45,759 nt of DNA from Octopus bimaculoides (GCF_001194135.2 NC_069003.1:7566201-7611959); one strand, 5' to 3'. Numbered from the stretch's first letter, positions 1 to 13,203 are shown. A program made the numbers and translations. Notes: a model not told the origin generated them from the sequence alone.

Positions 1-785
1 ACACACACACACACACACACACACACAATACAGATGATTATGGTTTAAATACAAATGCATGTGAAGAGGAGAAAAAGCAAATTTGGTTCTAGCCTAGCTG
101 GGTGGTTAAGAAGTTAACTTTGCAATCATGAGGACGTAGGATCAATCTCCCAGCATAGCTTCTTTAGCAAGTCTCTTTTATAATGTCTCAGGTGAACCCT
201 TTCCTTGTGAGTGAAATGGTGCTGCCAGAAACTAACAGGAAGCCTATTGAATGGAATGTACATGCAGTTTAAAGGCCCTGGCTTTGTCACATTAAGTTAC
301 ATCAATTCTGCCTGAAATTTTCTTTAAAGGGTAAACAGCATAGGCATGGCTGTGTGGTGGATAAGGGGTTCACTTTAAAACCATGTGGTTGTGGGTTCAA
401 TCTCACTGTGCAGTGCTTTGAACAAATGTCTTCTACTATAGCTTCAGGACGACCAATGTCTTGTGAATGAATCTGGAAGACGGAAACTGTGTCGAAGCTC
501 CATTGTATGTATGCATTTGTATGTGTGCATGTGTGTGCATGCTTGCATACATGTGTGTGAGTTTGTGTGTGCATGTGTTTGTATGTGCATGTGTTTTTAT
601 GCATGTGCAGGACAAACACAGACACATACACATGCATATATATATATATATTACAATTAAAAAGGGTAAAGGATTATCAATTTATTAATTTATTAATAAA
701 TTAATAATTAATAATTTTTACCAAGCCCTTCGGTATGTAAGCACCATTATCGGTGTGGAACTTATTTAAAAGTTCTTATACATTT

Positions 786-976
786 ATAAACAAAATTAAG
801 GGATCAGCAACAGGTTGCTTCACCACATACCGAAGTTCAGAAATAGCAGCTAAAAATGCTGAAACTCCAACAGATAGCTATCTGTTGGAGTTTCAGCATT
901 TTTAGCTGCTATTTTTAGCTGCTATTTCTGAACTTCGGTATGTGGTGAAGCAACCTGTTGCTGATCCCTTAATTTT

Positions 977-982
<6 letters not shown>
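786..982. repeat. Spacerless ~92-bp-arm palindrome with a 13-bp duplication in the right arm
   Basis: Centre ...cagatag|ctatctg... at 877/878; the right arm has an extra copy of tagctgctatttt. Confidence 0.9.
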
Positions 983-1017
<35 letters not shown>

Positions 1018-1444
1018 TATATATATACATGTGCATGTTATAGGTGATAAGAGCCTTATGGGTGCAAGACCAACGGTCACTCTCTGACTGGCCATCGCAG
1101 GCAACCTTCAAAGTATTACTGTTCTAAAATCTTAGAGTGTACTTCTTTTTCAGACTTATGATCCACCGACTAATATATATGTATGTTTCCATGTACCAAA
1201 TCCACTCACAGGTCTCTGGCCAGCCCAAGGCTATAGCAGAACACACTTGACCAAAGAGTCATGCAGTAGTGGGACTGAACCCGGAACCATGTAGTTGGGA
1301 AGCAAGCTTCTTACCACACAGCCACACCTGCACCTGTACATAACTAGTTAGTATATAAGCCTGTTACAACTAGAGAAATCAAGCAGGATTTTATTACACG
1401 CTCTAACAGACTTACATTAACAGAATTCCAAATATATCCCCCAC

Positions 1445-1618
1445 CTTGAGTACAGTTTCGTTCCATGCAGTGTTTTACTTCCTTGCGATTGCCATCGCAG
1501 TGAGTCCTGTTTGGAAGGCAAATGCGGACCCTCTTTTGTCGGCCGTTACCGCAAGAGGTGGAACAGGGTGCCCAGCTGCTCCATTCGTCCCATTCTCCGT
1601 TCATTGGTGTCACGTCTT
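1445..1618 (-). CDS. TSP1 exon 16 (174 bp; 3' end uncertain)
   Basis: [58 protein letters not shown]; atttcag| ... G|gtgggg. A stronger phase-0 donor (AAT|gtaagt) lies at 1416. Confidence 0.82.
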
Positions 1619-1673
1619 CTGAAATAGATGACTTCTCTTTAATTACCAAAGTTGACAAAATGTCACAGGTGTT

Positions 1674-1712
<39 letters not shown>

Positions 1713-1715
1713 ATA

Positions 1716-1749
<34 letters not shown>

Positions 1750-2906
1750 ATCTATATCTATATATATATACATATTTATTCACACACACAATTTAAAAAC
1801 ATACAAATATGCATTTAAAATATAAATAATATTAGTTTACAGTTGTGTGCATGTGTGTANNNNNNNNNNNNNNNNNNNNNNNNNNNNNNNNNNNNNNNNN
1901 NNNNNNNNNNNNNNNNNNNNNNNNNNNNNNNNNNNNNNNNNNNNNNNNNNNNNNNNNNNNNNNNNNNNNNNNNNNNNNNNNNNNNNNNNNNNNNNNNNNN
2001 NNNNNNNNNNNATATATTTATTTATATAAGGGCATTATATAAATGTGGCTGTGGCCATGCTATGTGTATACATTTTTATCAATATTTAGCAGAAGCAACA
2101 GAGTGACTCAAGGTGAGAGAGCTTCATGCATTAGCACTTAGCACTTATATATAATATGGTCATGGGGAGATATTACCTAACTTGGAAGCAGGTGAGGGTT
2201 AGCAACAGGAAGAGCATCCAGACTTAGAAAAATCTGCCACAACAAATTCTGTCTGACCCATGCAAGCATGGAAAAGTAGACAATGAAATGATGATGATGA
2301 TGATGATGATGATATGACTAATTAATACCCATCCTTGTCATCAGGATTGTGTTACATACTCTAACGAAATTACATTAACAGAATCCCAAATATGTCCTCA
2401 GTTTTCGGTACAATTTGTAGAGACCACTTTGTTGTTTGAATAACTACTTAAATAGTAAATTTAGTATGTCATCACCATCATCATCGTCAACAGGTAAAAA
2501 ATAGTATTTAAAACTTAGCAAGTGTATAGTGAATATTTTCAAGGGCTTTCCTTACCTGTCTGACAAGATTTGTGCATGCATTCCTCCTCTTCAGTAACAT
2601 TTCCACGGCATCCAATACCCTTTGGCAAGCAGCTGCGAAACCTCCTTCGGCGGCCTGAGCCACATGATGATGAACAATGAGACCAGTCAGTCCATGATGT
2701 CCAGCTGTTATGGCTCTTGTTTGGTAATTCTAAAACATAAATATACATACATATACACACCTGTTTCTGCCTCTCTGTCTCACTCTCACCTTTCATTATC
2801 TGACACAAGGTCCCTTCTTCCAATGCCTCACCTCCTCTCAAAATTCCTTGTCTTGCAAGTTATTTAGTGACACTGTGTGTGTGTATATATATATATATAT
2901 ATACAT

Positions 2907-2938
<32 letters not shown>

Positions 2939-2988
2939 GTANNNNNNNNNNNNNNNNNNNNNNNNNNNNNNNNNNNNNNNNNNNNNNN

Positions 2989-3029
<41 letters not shown>

Positions 3030-6000
3030 TATACATATATATTTACTTATATACACGCACGCACACACACACACACATATATATATACATAAACACACAT
3101 CTGCCTATATATGCATGTGTATAATCTTTTATTTGTTTCAGTCATTTGACTGCGGCCATGCTGGAGCGCCGCCTTTAGTCAAACAAATCAATCCCAGGAC
3201 TTATTTTTTGTAAGCCCAGTACTTACTCTATTGGTCTCTTTTGCCAAACCACTAAGTTACATGGACATAAACACACCAACATCCGTTGTCAAGTGATGGT
3301 GGGGGGACAAACACAGATACACAAACACACACACACAAACACATATATGACAGGCTTCTTTCAGTTTTGGTCGGCCTGAGGCTATAGTAGAAGACACTTG
3401 CCCAAAGTGTCACACAACGGGATGAGAACCCGGAACCATGTGGTTGGTAAGCAAGCTACTTACCACACAGCCATGCTGGAGTGGCTGTGTGGGAAGAAGT
3501 TTGTTTCCCAACCATGTGATTCCAGGGGTCAGTCCCACTATGTGGAGCCTTGGACACATGTCTTTTACTACAGCCTTGGGCCAACTGAAGTGTTGTGAGT
3601 GCATTTGGTAGCTGAGTGAACTGGAGCAGCATGAAATAAAATATCTAACTCAAAGAAACAATGGGCCACCGGGAATCAAACTCTCAGCCCTACAATTGAG
3701 AGCCAAATGCCCTAACAAGTAACTCGTGTGCTTTCACAAAATATTATACGAAACCAGAAATATAAAACTGACCCCCCCACCCCAGAAATATCAGATGTGA
3801 CCAGAATTTAAAGAGACCTAAAATCCATGAAAATTACAACAATGGAAATTTCACACTGAGGTGATAAACTTAATCTAGCACCAGATTTAAGGCCTTAAGA
3901 TGACCCTTCAGTGCCTTTAGCAGAGTCCACTCTGTTACAAAGCACCGGGCTGAAATCTCCACATTGAATACTGCTTTATCTGTCCCTTCTATCAGTCTTA
4001 GAGGCCCTGTAAAAAAAGGCCATAAATATTGCCCTTTTCTCTTGATCAAAAGATGAAAAATAATATTTACATTAGCTTTGCAAATGTACAGTGAATATTT
4101 TCAAAGGTTTTCCTTACTTGAGTGACAAGGTTTGTGCATGCATTTATCCTCTTCAGTAATATTTCCACGGCATTTACTGCCCTTTGGTAAGCAGCTGCGA
4201 AATCTCCTTCGTTGGCCTGAGTCACATGTAGTTGAGCAACTGGACCATTCACTCCATGATGTCCAACTGTTACGGGTCTTGTTGGGTAATTCTAAAACAT
4301 GAATTTACATTGGATGTGCTAATTAATATTCAATAGAAAAGCCACTTTTGTTGCTAATAGCTAATATATATAATATATAATGAACTTATTGTATACAGTG
4401 CTCAGGTGCACTGCAATTCATCAGAAAAAGTAACCAAAACTGCATGAAGAGCACATAGAATGACACACAAAATGGGAACAGTGGATGAATCATTTAAAGG
4501 GGGAAAAAGGAGAGGGCACCAGGTAAACTATTGCAAATTTTGGGATGCATGGAAATTTTGAAGTATGTAATATCCTGACAAGTAGTTTATTCCATGCTTC
4601 AGCAATTCTGAGTGTGAAAAAATGTTTCCGTAAGTCATAGGTGCTGTGTTGTTCTTTTTTTTATTTTGTAAGTATGTCCACGAGTGTTATATAGACATAT
4701 GGAATTCAAAAATGTGCTCAAGGTTTTTGTTGGAAAGATGGTGGATAATCTTGTGGGTGTCTGCCAAGTCAGTTGCCAGATGTCGGAGCTTTAATGTGTC
4801 CCTGCCCAGGGAAAGAAGACATTCAGAGTATGGTAGATGCCTGATAGAGGGTATTCATGTGGTTGCATATTTCTCAACAGTTCCCAGGGGATTGATATAC
4901 TGAGCAAGACAGAAGTTCCAGGCTGGTGATGCAAACTCTAAGTGTGGACGTACCATAGCCATATACAGCTTTAAATAGAAGACTGGAGAGTAGCTGACAA
5001 AGGTCTTACTGAGTAACACTAAGGCACCCTCAGCCATCTTGACAATTTTAGAGATGTAGTTTGACTAACACAAATCGCCACTGACAGTAATACCTAGGTC
5101 ATGTTCACTAACAGACTTCTTAAAATTGGTGTTATTGAGGGAGTATGTAAATGCTAGGTCTTTCTTCCCAGACTGCATGGTGAAGCACTTGTCCACATCT
5201 AGCTTGAGTTGCCAGTCTGTAATCCATTACTGTATTGTGTTTGTAAAATAGGTCGGGAATTCTTCTCAGCACCTTTTGAACGTGGTCATTGCCAGTGCCG
5301 CTTGACTGGCCCTCATGCCTGCAGCATGTAAAAGCACCCACCACACATTCAGAGTGGTTGGCATTAGGAAGGGCATCCAGCTGTAGAAACCTTGCCAGAT
5401 CAGATTGGAGCCTGGTGCAGTCATCTGGATCGCCAGTCCTCAGTGAAACCGTCCAACCCATGCTAGCATGGAAAGCGGACTTTAAACGACGACGATGATG
5501 ATATATGTGCACATTGTTATATAAGAGGCAAGATGTATATTTATCACCTGGTGCATCCATATATATGTGTGTATGGTGTGTATATGCACAAAAATCTGAG
5601 TGTATGCCATTGTTTAGAGAATATGCAATGTACTCACAATGGTTAGCATGATTTATTTCCATCCATCATGGCTACATGTGGTTTGTTACTGATCTCTGAG
5701 TGTTTTCATATTTAACTACTTCACAGCAATAATAATAAACAGTTGATTCCAGATACCAGATCTAATCTGTTTATTTTTGTAATAATGGAGATAATAAATA
5801 ATGTAAAATTCCCATCACACACATGTATATGTATTTCTATTTTAGTTGGATCTCTTAAGTTCGCTGATGTGGTACAGATTAATTGTGCAAATCAAGATGC
5901 AGATACTTTTCAATCAGAAAATTCTCAGCCTGCCAGCTGCGTGCAATATCACTGGCTGTTTTTTTTTATATTCTTTTATTTGTTTCATTCATTTGACTGC

Positions 6001-7208
6001 AGCCATGCTGGAGCACCGCCTTTAGTCGAACAAATCGACTGCAGGATTTATTCATTGTAAGCCTAGTACTTATGTGTGTGTGTATCTTTGTGTCTGTGTT
6101 TGTCCTTCCACTATCACTCGACAACCAGTGTTGGTTTGTCTGTCTCCGAAACTTAGCAGTTCGGCAAAAGAGACTGATATTATAAGCACTAGGCTTACAA
6201 AGAATAAGTGCTTGGGTTCATTTGTTTCACTAAAGGCAGTGCTCTAGCATGGCCACAGTCAAATGACTGAAATGTGTAAAAGAGTAAAAGAATAAGTAGC
6301 TGAGCATTTCACAGACACGCATACACATAATGCAGTTCCCAGCGAGATTCAGTGTTATATGGAATGTGACAAAGCTGGCCCTTTGAAATACAGGTACGCT
6401 TCATTTTTTGCCACCTGAGTGAATGGAGCTATGCAAAATAAAGTGTTTCCTTGAAAGACACAATGGCCACTGGGAATTGAACAGCTGACCTTATGACTGT
6501 GAGCCGAATACCATTCAGACATGACCAAAATTTTAAAAGACCTAAAATCAGTGACAATTACACCAATGGAAACAAACTTAATCCAGCACCACATTTAATG
6601 CCTTAAGATGACCCTGCAGTGCCTTTAGCAGAGTCCACTCTGTTACAAGCACCTGGGTGAAATCTTCACTTTGAATACTGCTTTGTCTGTCCCTTCTATC
6701 AGTCTTAGAGGCCCTGTAAAAAAGGTCATAAATATTGCCCTTTTCTCTTGATTAAAAAGAATGAAAAATAATATTTACATTAGCTTTGCAAATGTACAGT
6801 AAATATTTTCAAAGGTTTTCCTTACTTGAGTGACAAGGTTTGTGCATGCATTTTCGCTCTTCAGTAATATTTCCATGGCATTCACTGCCCTTTGGTAAGC
6901 AGCTGCGAAATCTCCTTCGGCGGCCTGAGTCACATGTAGTTGAACAACTGGACCATTCACTCCATGATGTCCAGCTGGTATGGGTCTTGTTAAGTAAATC
7001 TAAAATATATATATGGAAAGTGGATATTAAATGATGATGATGAATGTTATGATTTCACTAAGGCATAGTGGTACATATATATGTGTGTGTATATATGTAT
7101 ATATATATATACACACACATGTATATACATACACACATATATATATATACATACACATATATATATGCATGTATGTATTTATGTGTGTGTGTGTGTGTAT
7201 ATATACAT

Positions 7209-7245
<37 letters not shown>

Positions 7246-10200
7246 CGTATATATATANNNNNNNNNNNNNNNNNNNNNNNNNNNNNNNNNNNNNNNNNNN
7301 NNNNNNNNNNNNNNNNNNNNNNNNNNNNNNNNNNNNNNNNNNNNNNNNTGTGTGTGTGTGTGTGTGTGTGTGTATATTTGAGATAATAATCAATTAAGTT
7401 AACAGAAGATGGATTTGGTATAACTCTTTATACCAATTCCATCTTCTAAGGGCATCCAGCTGTAGAAACTCTGCCAAATTAGATTGGAGCCTGGTGTTGC
7501 CATCCGGTTTCACCAGTCCTCAGTCAAATCGTTCAACCCATGCTAGCATGGAAGGCGGACGTTAAACGATGATGATGATGATGATGATGATGTTTTCTTA
7601 ATTGATTCTTATCTCAAATAACACTGCAGAATTCCTGAAGTAAATCCAACAGAAATATGCCCAAACTGAGGATGACACCAGGTAACCCAAACTGTGCCAG
7701 TGCTTTACTCAACACATCAGCGTGCAGGTGGCACGTAAAAAAACAAATTTGAGCGTGGCCATTGCCAGTACCGCCAGACTGGCCCTCGTGCCGGTGGCAC
7801 ATAAAAGCACCCACTACACTCTCAGAGTGGTTGGCGTTAGGAAGGGCGTCCAGCTGTAGAAACTCTGCCAGATCAGTGCCTTTAGCAGAGTCCTTTCTGT
7901 CACAAGCACCTGGGTGAAATCTCCAGTTACAATATAGCTTTATTCTTTCCCTCCACCCGCCACTCCATGAGTCTTAGAGGTCCTGTAAAAAGGGTCATAA
8001 ATATTGCCCTTTTCTCTTGATTAAAAAAATGAAAAAAATATTTACATTAGCTTTGCAAATGTACAGTTAATATTCTCAAAGGTTTTCCTTACTTGAGTGA
8101 CAAGGTTTGTGCATGCATTCATCTTCTTCAGTAATATTTCCACGGCATTCACTGCCCTTTGGTAAGCAGCTGCGAAATCTCCTTCGGCGGCCAGAGTCAC
8201 ATGTAGTTGAGCAACTGGACCATTCACTCCATGATGTCCAGCTGGTATGGGTCTTGTTAAGTAAATCTAAAACACACATATATATGGAAAGTGCACATTA
8301 AATGATGATGATGATGATGATGATGATGATATATGTTACGATTTCATTTAGGCATAGTGGTATGTATATATGCATGTATGTATATATATATATATATATA
8401 CATATATATATACACGTGTGTGTGTGTGTTTATATGCAAGGTTTGATCAATAAGTATCCGGATTGTTGCTATAGCAACTAAGCTAAAGCACACAGAGTGA
8501 AGCAGCTTGGCAAATATTGACCTTAAACTCTATAGTGCCACACTGTGGGATTGAACCTGGAACCATGTAGCTGGGCGAAGACGAAAATGGCTGCCATTTA
8601 AGCGATGTCATTTTTCATATGTGATGTAGTCATCATCATCATCATCGTTTAACGTCCGCTTTCCATGCTAGCATGGGTTGGACGATTTGACTGAGGACTG
8701 GTGAAACCGGATGGCAACACCAGGCTCCAGTCTAATTTGGCAGAGTTTCTACAGCTGGATGCCCTTCCTAACGCCAACCACTCAGAGAGTGTAGTGGGTG
8801 CTTTTACGCGTCACCCGCACGAAAACGGCCACGCTCGAAATGGTGTCTTTTATGTGCCACCCGCACAAGCCAGTCCAGGGGCACTGGCAATGATCTCGCT
8901 CGAAAATCCTACGGGAGCCAGTCAGGCGGTACTGGCAACGGCCACGCTCAAAATGGTGCATCTCATGTGCCACCCGCACAAGAACCAGTCCAGGGGCACT
9001 GGCAACGATCTTACTTGGCTTGCCGGGTCTTCTCACGCACAACACATTTCCAAAGGTCTCGGTCAGTAGTCATCGCCTCGGTGAGGCCCAATGTTAGTGG
9101 TGTTGCAAAATTTGTCTTGTGCTTATTAATTTCCATTATGTCCTTTATATCGTATCAAAATTTCATGCATCTATCTGTAAAGTTAAGGAAGTTATCAAAA
9201 ATTGAACCCATCAGGAACTTTTGGGACACTGTATTATACTAAACCAGAAATGTAAACTGAAAATAAGGAATATCAGATGTGACCAGAATTTAGAGAGACC
9301 TAAAATCTGCGACAATTATGACAATGGAAATTTCACACTGAAGTGATAAACTTAATCCATTGCAAGGTTTAATGTCACAAGATGACCCTTCAGTGTGTTT
9401 AGCAGAGTCCACTCTCTTATAAGCACCTGGGTGGAATCTCCAGTTTGAATACAGTTTTGTAAAAGGGTCATAAATATTGCCCTTTTCTCTTGATTAAAAA
9501 AATGAAAAATAATATTTACATTAGCTTTGCAAATATACAATGAATATTTTCAAAGGTTTTCCTTACTTGAGTGACAAGGTTTGTGCATGCATTCATCTTC
9601 TTCAGTAATATTTCCACGGCATTCACTGCCCTTTGGTAAGCAGCTGCGAAATCTCCTTCGGCGGCCTGAGTCACATGTAGATGAGCAACTGGACCATTCA
9701 CTCCATGATGTCCAGCTGGTATGGGTCTTGTTGAGTAATTCTAAAACATGAATTCATATTAGATGTGCTAATTAATATTCATTAGAAAAGCCACTTTTTG
9801 TAGCTAAGAGCTAATTTATTCACAGCCCACCAGCTTCTTATGTTATCATTTGCTGTTTAACTAGTATTATGCTACATCAATTTCACTGATTTTCAATCTG
9901 GTTTTTAGTGGCTGGCTAGCAACTGCTGATGATCCATAGCTTATGTTGAAATCATGTGATACATTAATGCTAACTGCCAGTTGAGGAAAATTTTGTCAGC
10001 TAATATAGCCTGTGCTTTCTAGCATTTATCGTCTATATAAGAATATTTGTTGGGATGTTCACTGCAGTCGAAGGCCTTCTAAGCAGCACATCCAATTTAG
10101 GTTAGATGGTTAATATATATATATACAGGGTGTCCACAAAGTATAGGTACATTGAGTAAATATCATAACATAAACAATTAAATATAAGAAATAATAATTT

Positions 10201-10329
10201 CTTAAAATATGTGTTGATCCCATGTGGGTACATGGAGTAAATAAAATCATAACATAAACAATTAAGTATAAGAAATAATAATTTCTTAAAGTATGTGTTA
10301 ATCCCATGTACCCAGACTTTGTAGACAGC

Positions 10330-10364
<35 letters not shown>

Positions 10365-10751
10365 TAACAGAATGACATAAAGAATCCAAGGTTGTGAAAG
10401 ATTTCAGAACATTTATAAAGAGGTCTTACAACTGTTTCTGGGATGTTTCATATATCTCTTCATCAGAATTTAACCATTTTCTTGCACTGTCTCTGATGAA
10501 GGGATATATAAAATATCCCGGAAACAGCTGTAAGACCTTCTCTTTATAAATGTTCTGAAATCTTTCACAGCCTTGGATTCTTTATCTCATTCTGTTAATT
10601 TTTTTAATATATACACATGCTAATATATAACCTACGTTGGACTCCTCATTCACATAATCACCAAACCTGGAGCTTAACTATAGTCTGTCTATAGCACTTA
10701 CTCAGCATTACCTGACACCTTTGGGTCTTCTGACACCATTAACTCTCATAA

Positions 10752-10792
<41 letters not shown>

Positions 10793-12176
10793 NNNNNNNN
10801 NNNNNNNNNNNNNNNNNNNNNNNNNNNNNNNNNNNNNNNNNNNNNNNNNNNNNNNNNNNNNNNNNNNNNNNNNNNNNNNNNNNNNNNNNNNNNNNNNNNN
10901 NNNNNNNNNNNNNNNNNNNNNNNNNNNNNNNNNNNNNNNNNNNNNNNNNNNNNNNNNNNNNNNNNNNNNNNNNNNNNNNNNNNNNNNNNNNNNNNNNNNN
11001 NNATATATGTGTGTGTGTGTGTGTGTGTGTGAGTAAAAATAAATACAAAAAAGGGGTTTTGTATGATCGTGTATAGAGGAATATATTATTTTATTTAAAA
11101 GAATTCCAACTCTGTCTGTTTTTTATGTTTTATTTATACTCTTGTAAAATTCATGTGGGATATAGAATATGGAATATATAATATATAATATAAAATATAA
11201 AAATGGATGGTACAATGAAATGAAGTATTGAATGTCTTATTGAATATATGGAATATGTCTTATTGAATATATGAAATATTGAGTGTTCAATATAAAGGAT
11301 TAAGTATATAAAGGCGAATACGTATTTTCTATACCTTGTGGTATTTCATCATGGCCGGTACGACAGTTAAAACTGATGGCAGATAGACAAAAGAAATCTC
11401 CATCACCAGAAATATAGCACAATTGTTTCCAGCCATGTTAGGCCAGCATCTTGTTGCTGTATCAGTAAGCTTGCCATAAACTCCAAGCAGTATGTCTCTC
11501 CCAGAGTGTAATAATTACTGTTAGTATTTTTAAAAGACCAACACAGATAAAACTTTAATGTCCAGTAATAAAACCCGTCTGTTAACTGTTTACGGGCATT
11601 GTCAGTTACTTCTTCATGCAGCCCGAGAAACACATTTTCATTCATCAACTCAACCTGTCCTCACCTCAGACCAGCCAACAAACCGACTCGCAACAACACC
11701 TAAAATCTATCATGAATACAACAATGGGAATTTGATACTGAAGCGATAAACCTAAATCCATCACCAGATTTAATGCCTCGAGATAACCTATCTGTGCATT
11801 CAGCAGAGTTCAATCTGTTACAAGCACCTGGGTGAAATCTCCAGTTTCAATATAGCGTCATCCCTCCCTTCAATCAGCCTTAGAGGCCCTGTAAAAGGGT
11901 CATAAATATTGCCCTTTTCTCTTGATTAAAAGATAACAGATAATATTTACATCAATTTGGCAAATGTACAACAAATATTTTCAAGTGCTTTCCTTACCTA
12001 TTTGACAAGGTTTGTGCATGCATTCTTCGTCTTCAGTAATGTTTCCTTCGCATTCACTACCCTTTGGTAAGCAGCTGCGAAATCTCTTCCGTTGGCCTGA
12101 GTCACATGTAGATGAACAATGTGACCATTCACTCCATGATGTCCAGCTGCTGTGAGTCTTGTTTGATAATCCTAAA

Positions 12177-12207
<31 letters not shown>

Positions 12208-12587
12208 GCTAACAATATAGCCTGAACAGGATAAGCTACTCCTATTTTGCAGAAAAAAAGTGTTGGCGGCCATAGAAACTGGTTTTAAAAAAGGGCGCAT
12301 AAATTAAAAAAAAAATAGCTGCGAAAAGAGCCCAGAAAATGGGCAACACCCCCTACAAAATGGGTGGGGGTGAAAAGTTGCCAACAGGTGGCTACACGAA
12401 ATTTAACTCTATACTTTAAAGAGCGTCTTCTACTTTCGCCTTGAGCCAACCAAAGCTTGTGTGTGGATTTCATAGATGAAAACTGAAAGAAGCCCATGAG
12501 GTGGCTGCAGGGTTGTAGAAGTAGTAGTAGTAGTAGTGACTGTACTAGTTACTATTGTTACTGATGTTACTACTACTACTGCTGCTG

Positions 12588-12622
<35 letters not shown>

Positions 12623-12637
12623 GCTGCTGCCACTGCC

Positions 12638-12673
<36 letters not shown>

Positions 12674-12683
12674 TCTGCTGCTG

Positions 12684-12715
<32 letters not shown>

Positions 12716-13155
12716 GGTACTACTACTGGTACTACTGCTATGGCTGCCACTGCTGCTGAAGCGCAGCAGCCATCAAAAGGAAACCAGTCACCAGCACCAT
12801 GTGAATTTTGTAAGAAAAACAAGTGAACTTCCAGAACTGATGTCATGAAAGATTCATTTAATTTCTTTCAATTTTGTTTTTCCCTTTTATGTCAGCATGA
12901 CCGGATCACCTTAAAAACCAATGCCTTCTTCGTTCACGACAAAATTCTCAAAGCATTTNNNNNNNNNNNNNNNNNNNNNNNNNNNNNNNNNNNNNNNNNN
13001 NNNNNNNNNNNNNNNNNNNNNNNNNNNNNNNNNNNNNNNNNNNNNNNNNNNNNNNNNNNNNNNNNNNNNNNNNNNNNNNNNNNNNNNNNNNNNNNNNNNN
13101 NNNNNNNNNNNNNNNNNNNNNNNNNNNNNNNNNNNNNNNNNNNNNNNNNNNNNNN

Positions 13156-13203
<48 letters not shown>

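Noticed and set aside
722-765. Possible extra hammerhead (CCGAUAA...GAAG) on the minus strand
   Set aside because: Too many core mismatches and no helix I or III.
12430-12848. Poly-V/A, poly-T/A and poly-L ORFs
   Set aside because: Translations of a trinucleotide microsatellite; no compatible splice sites.
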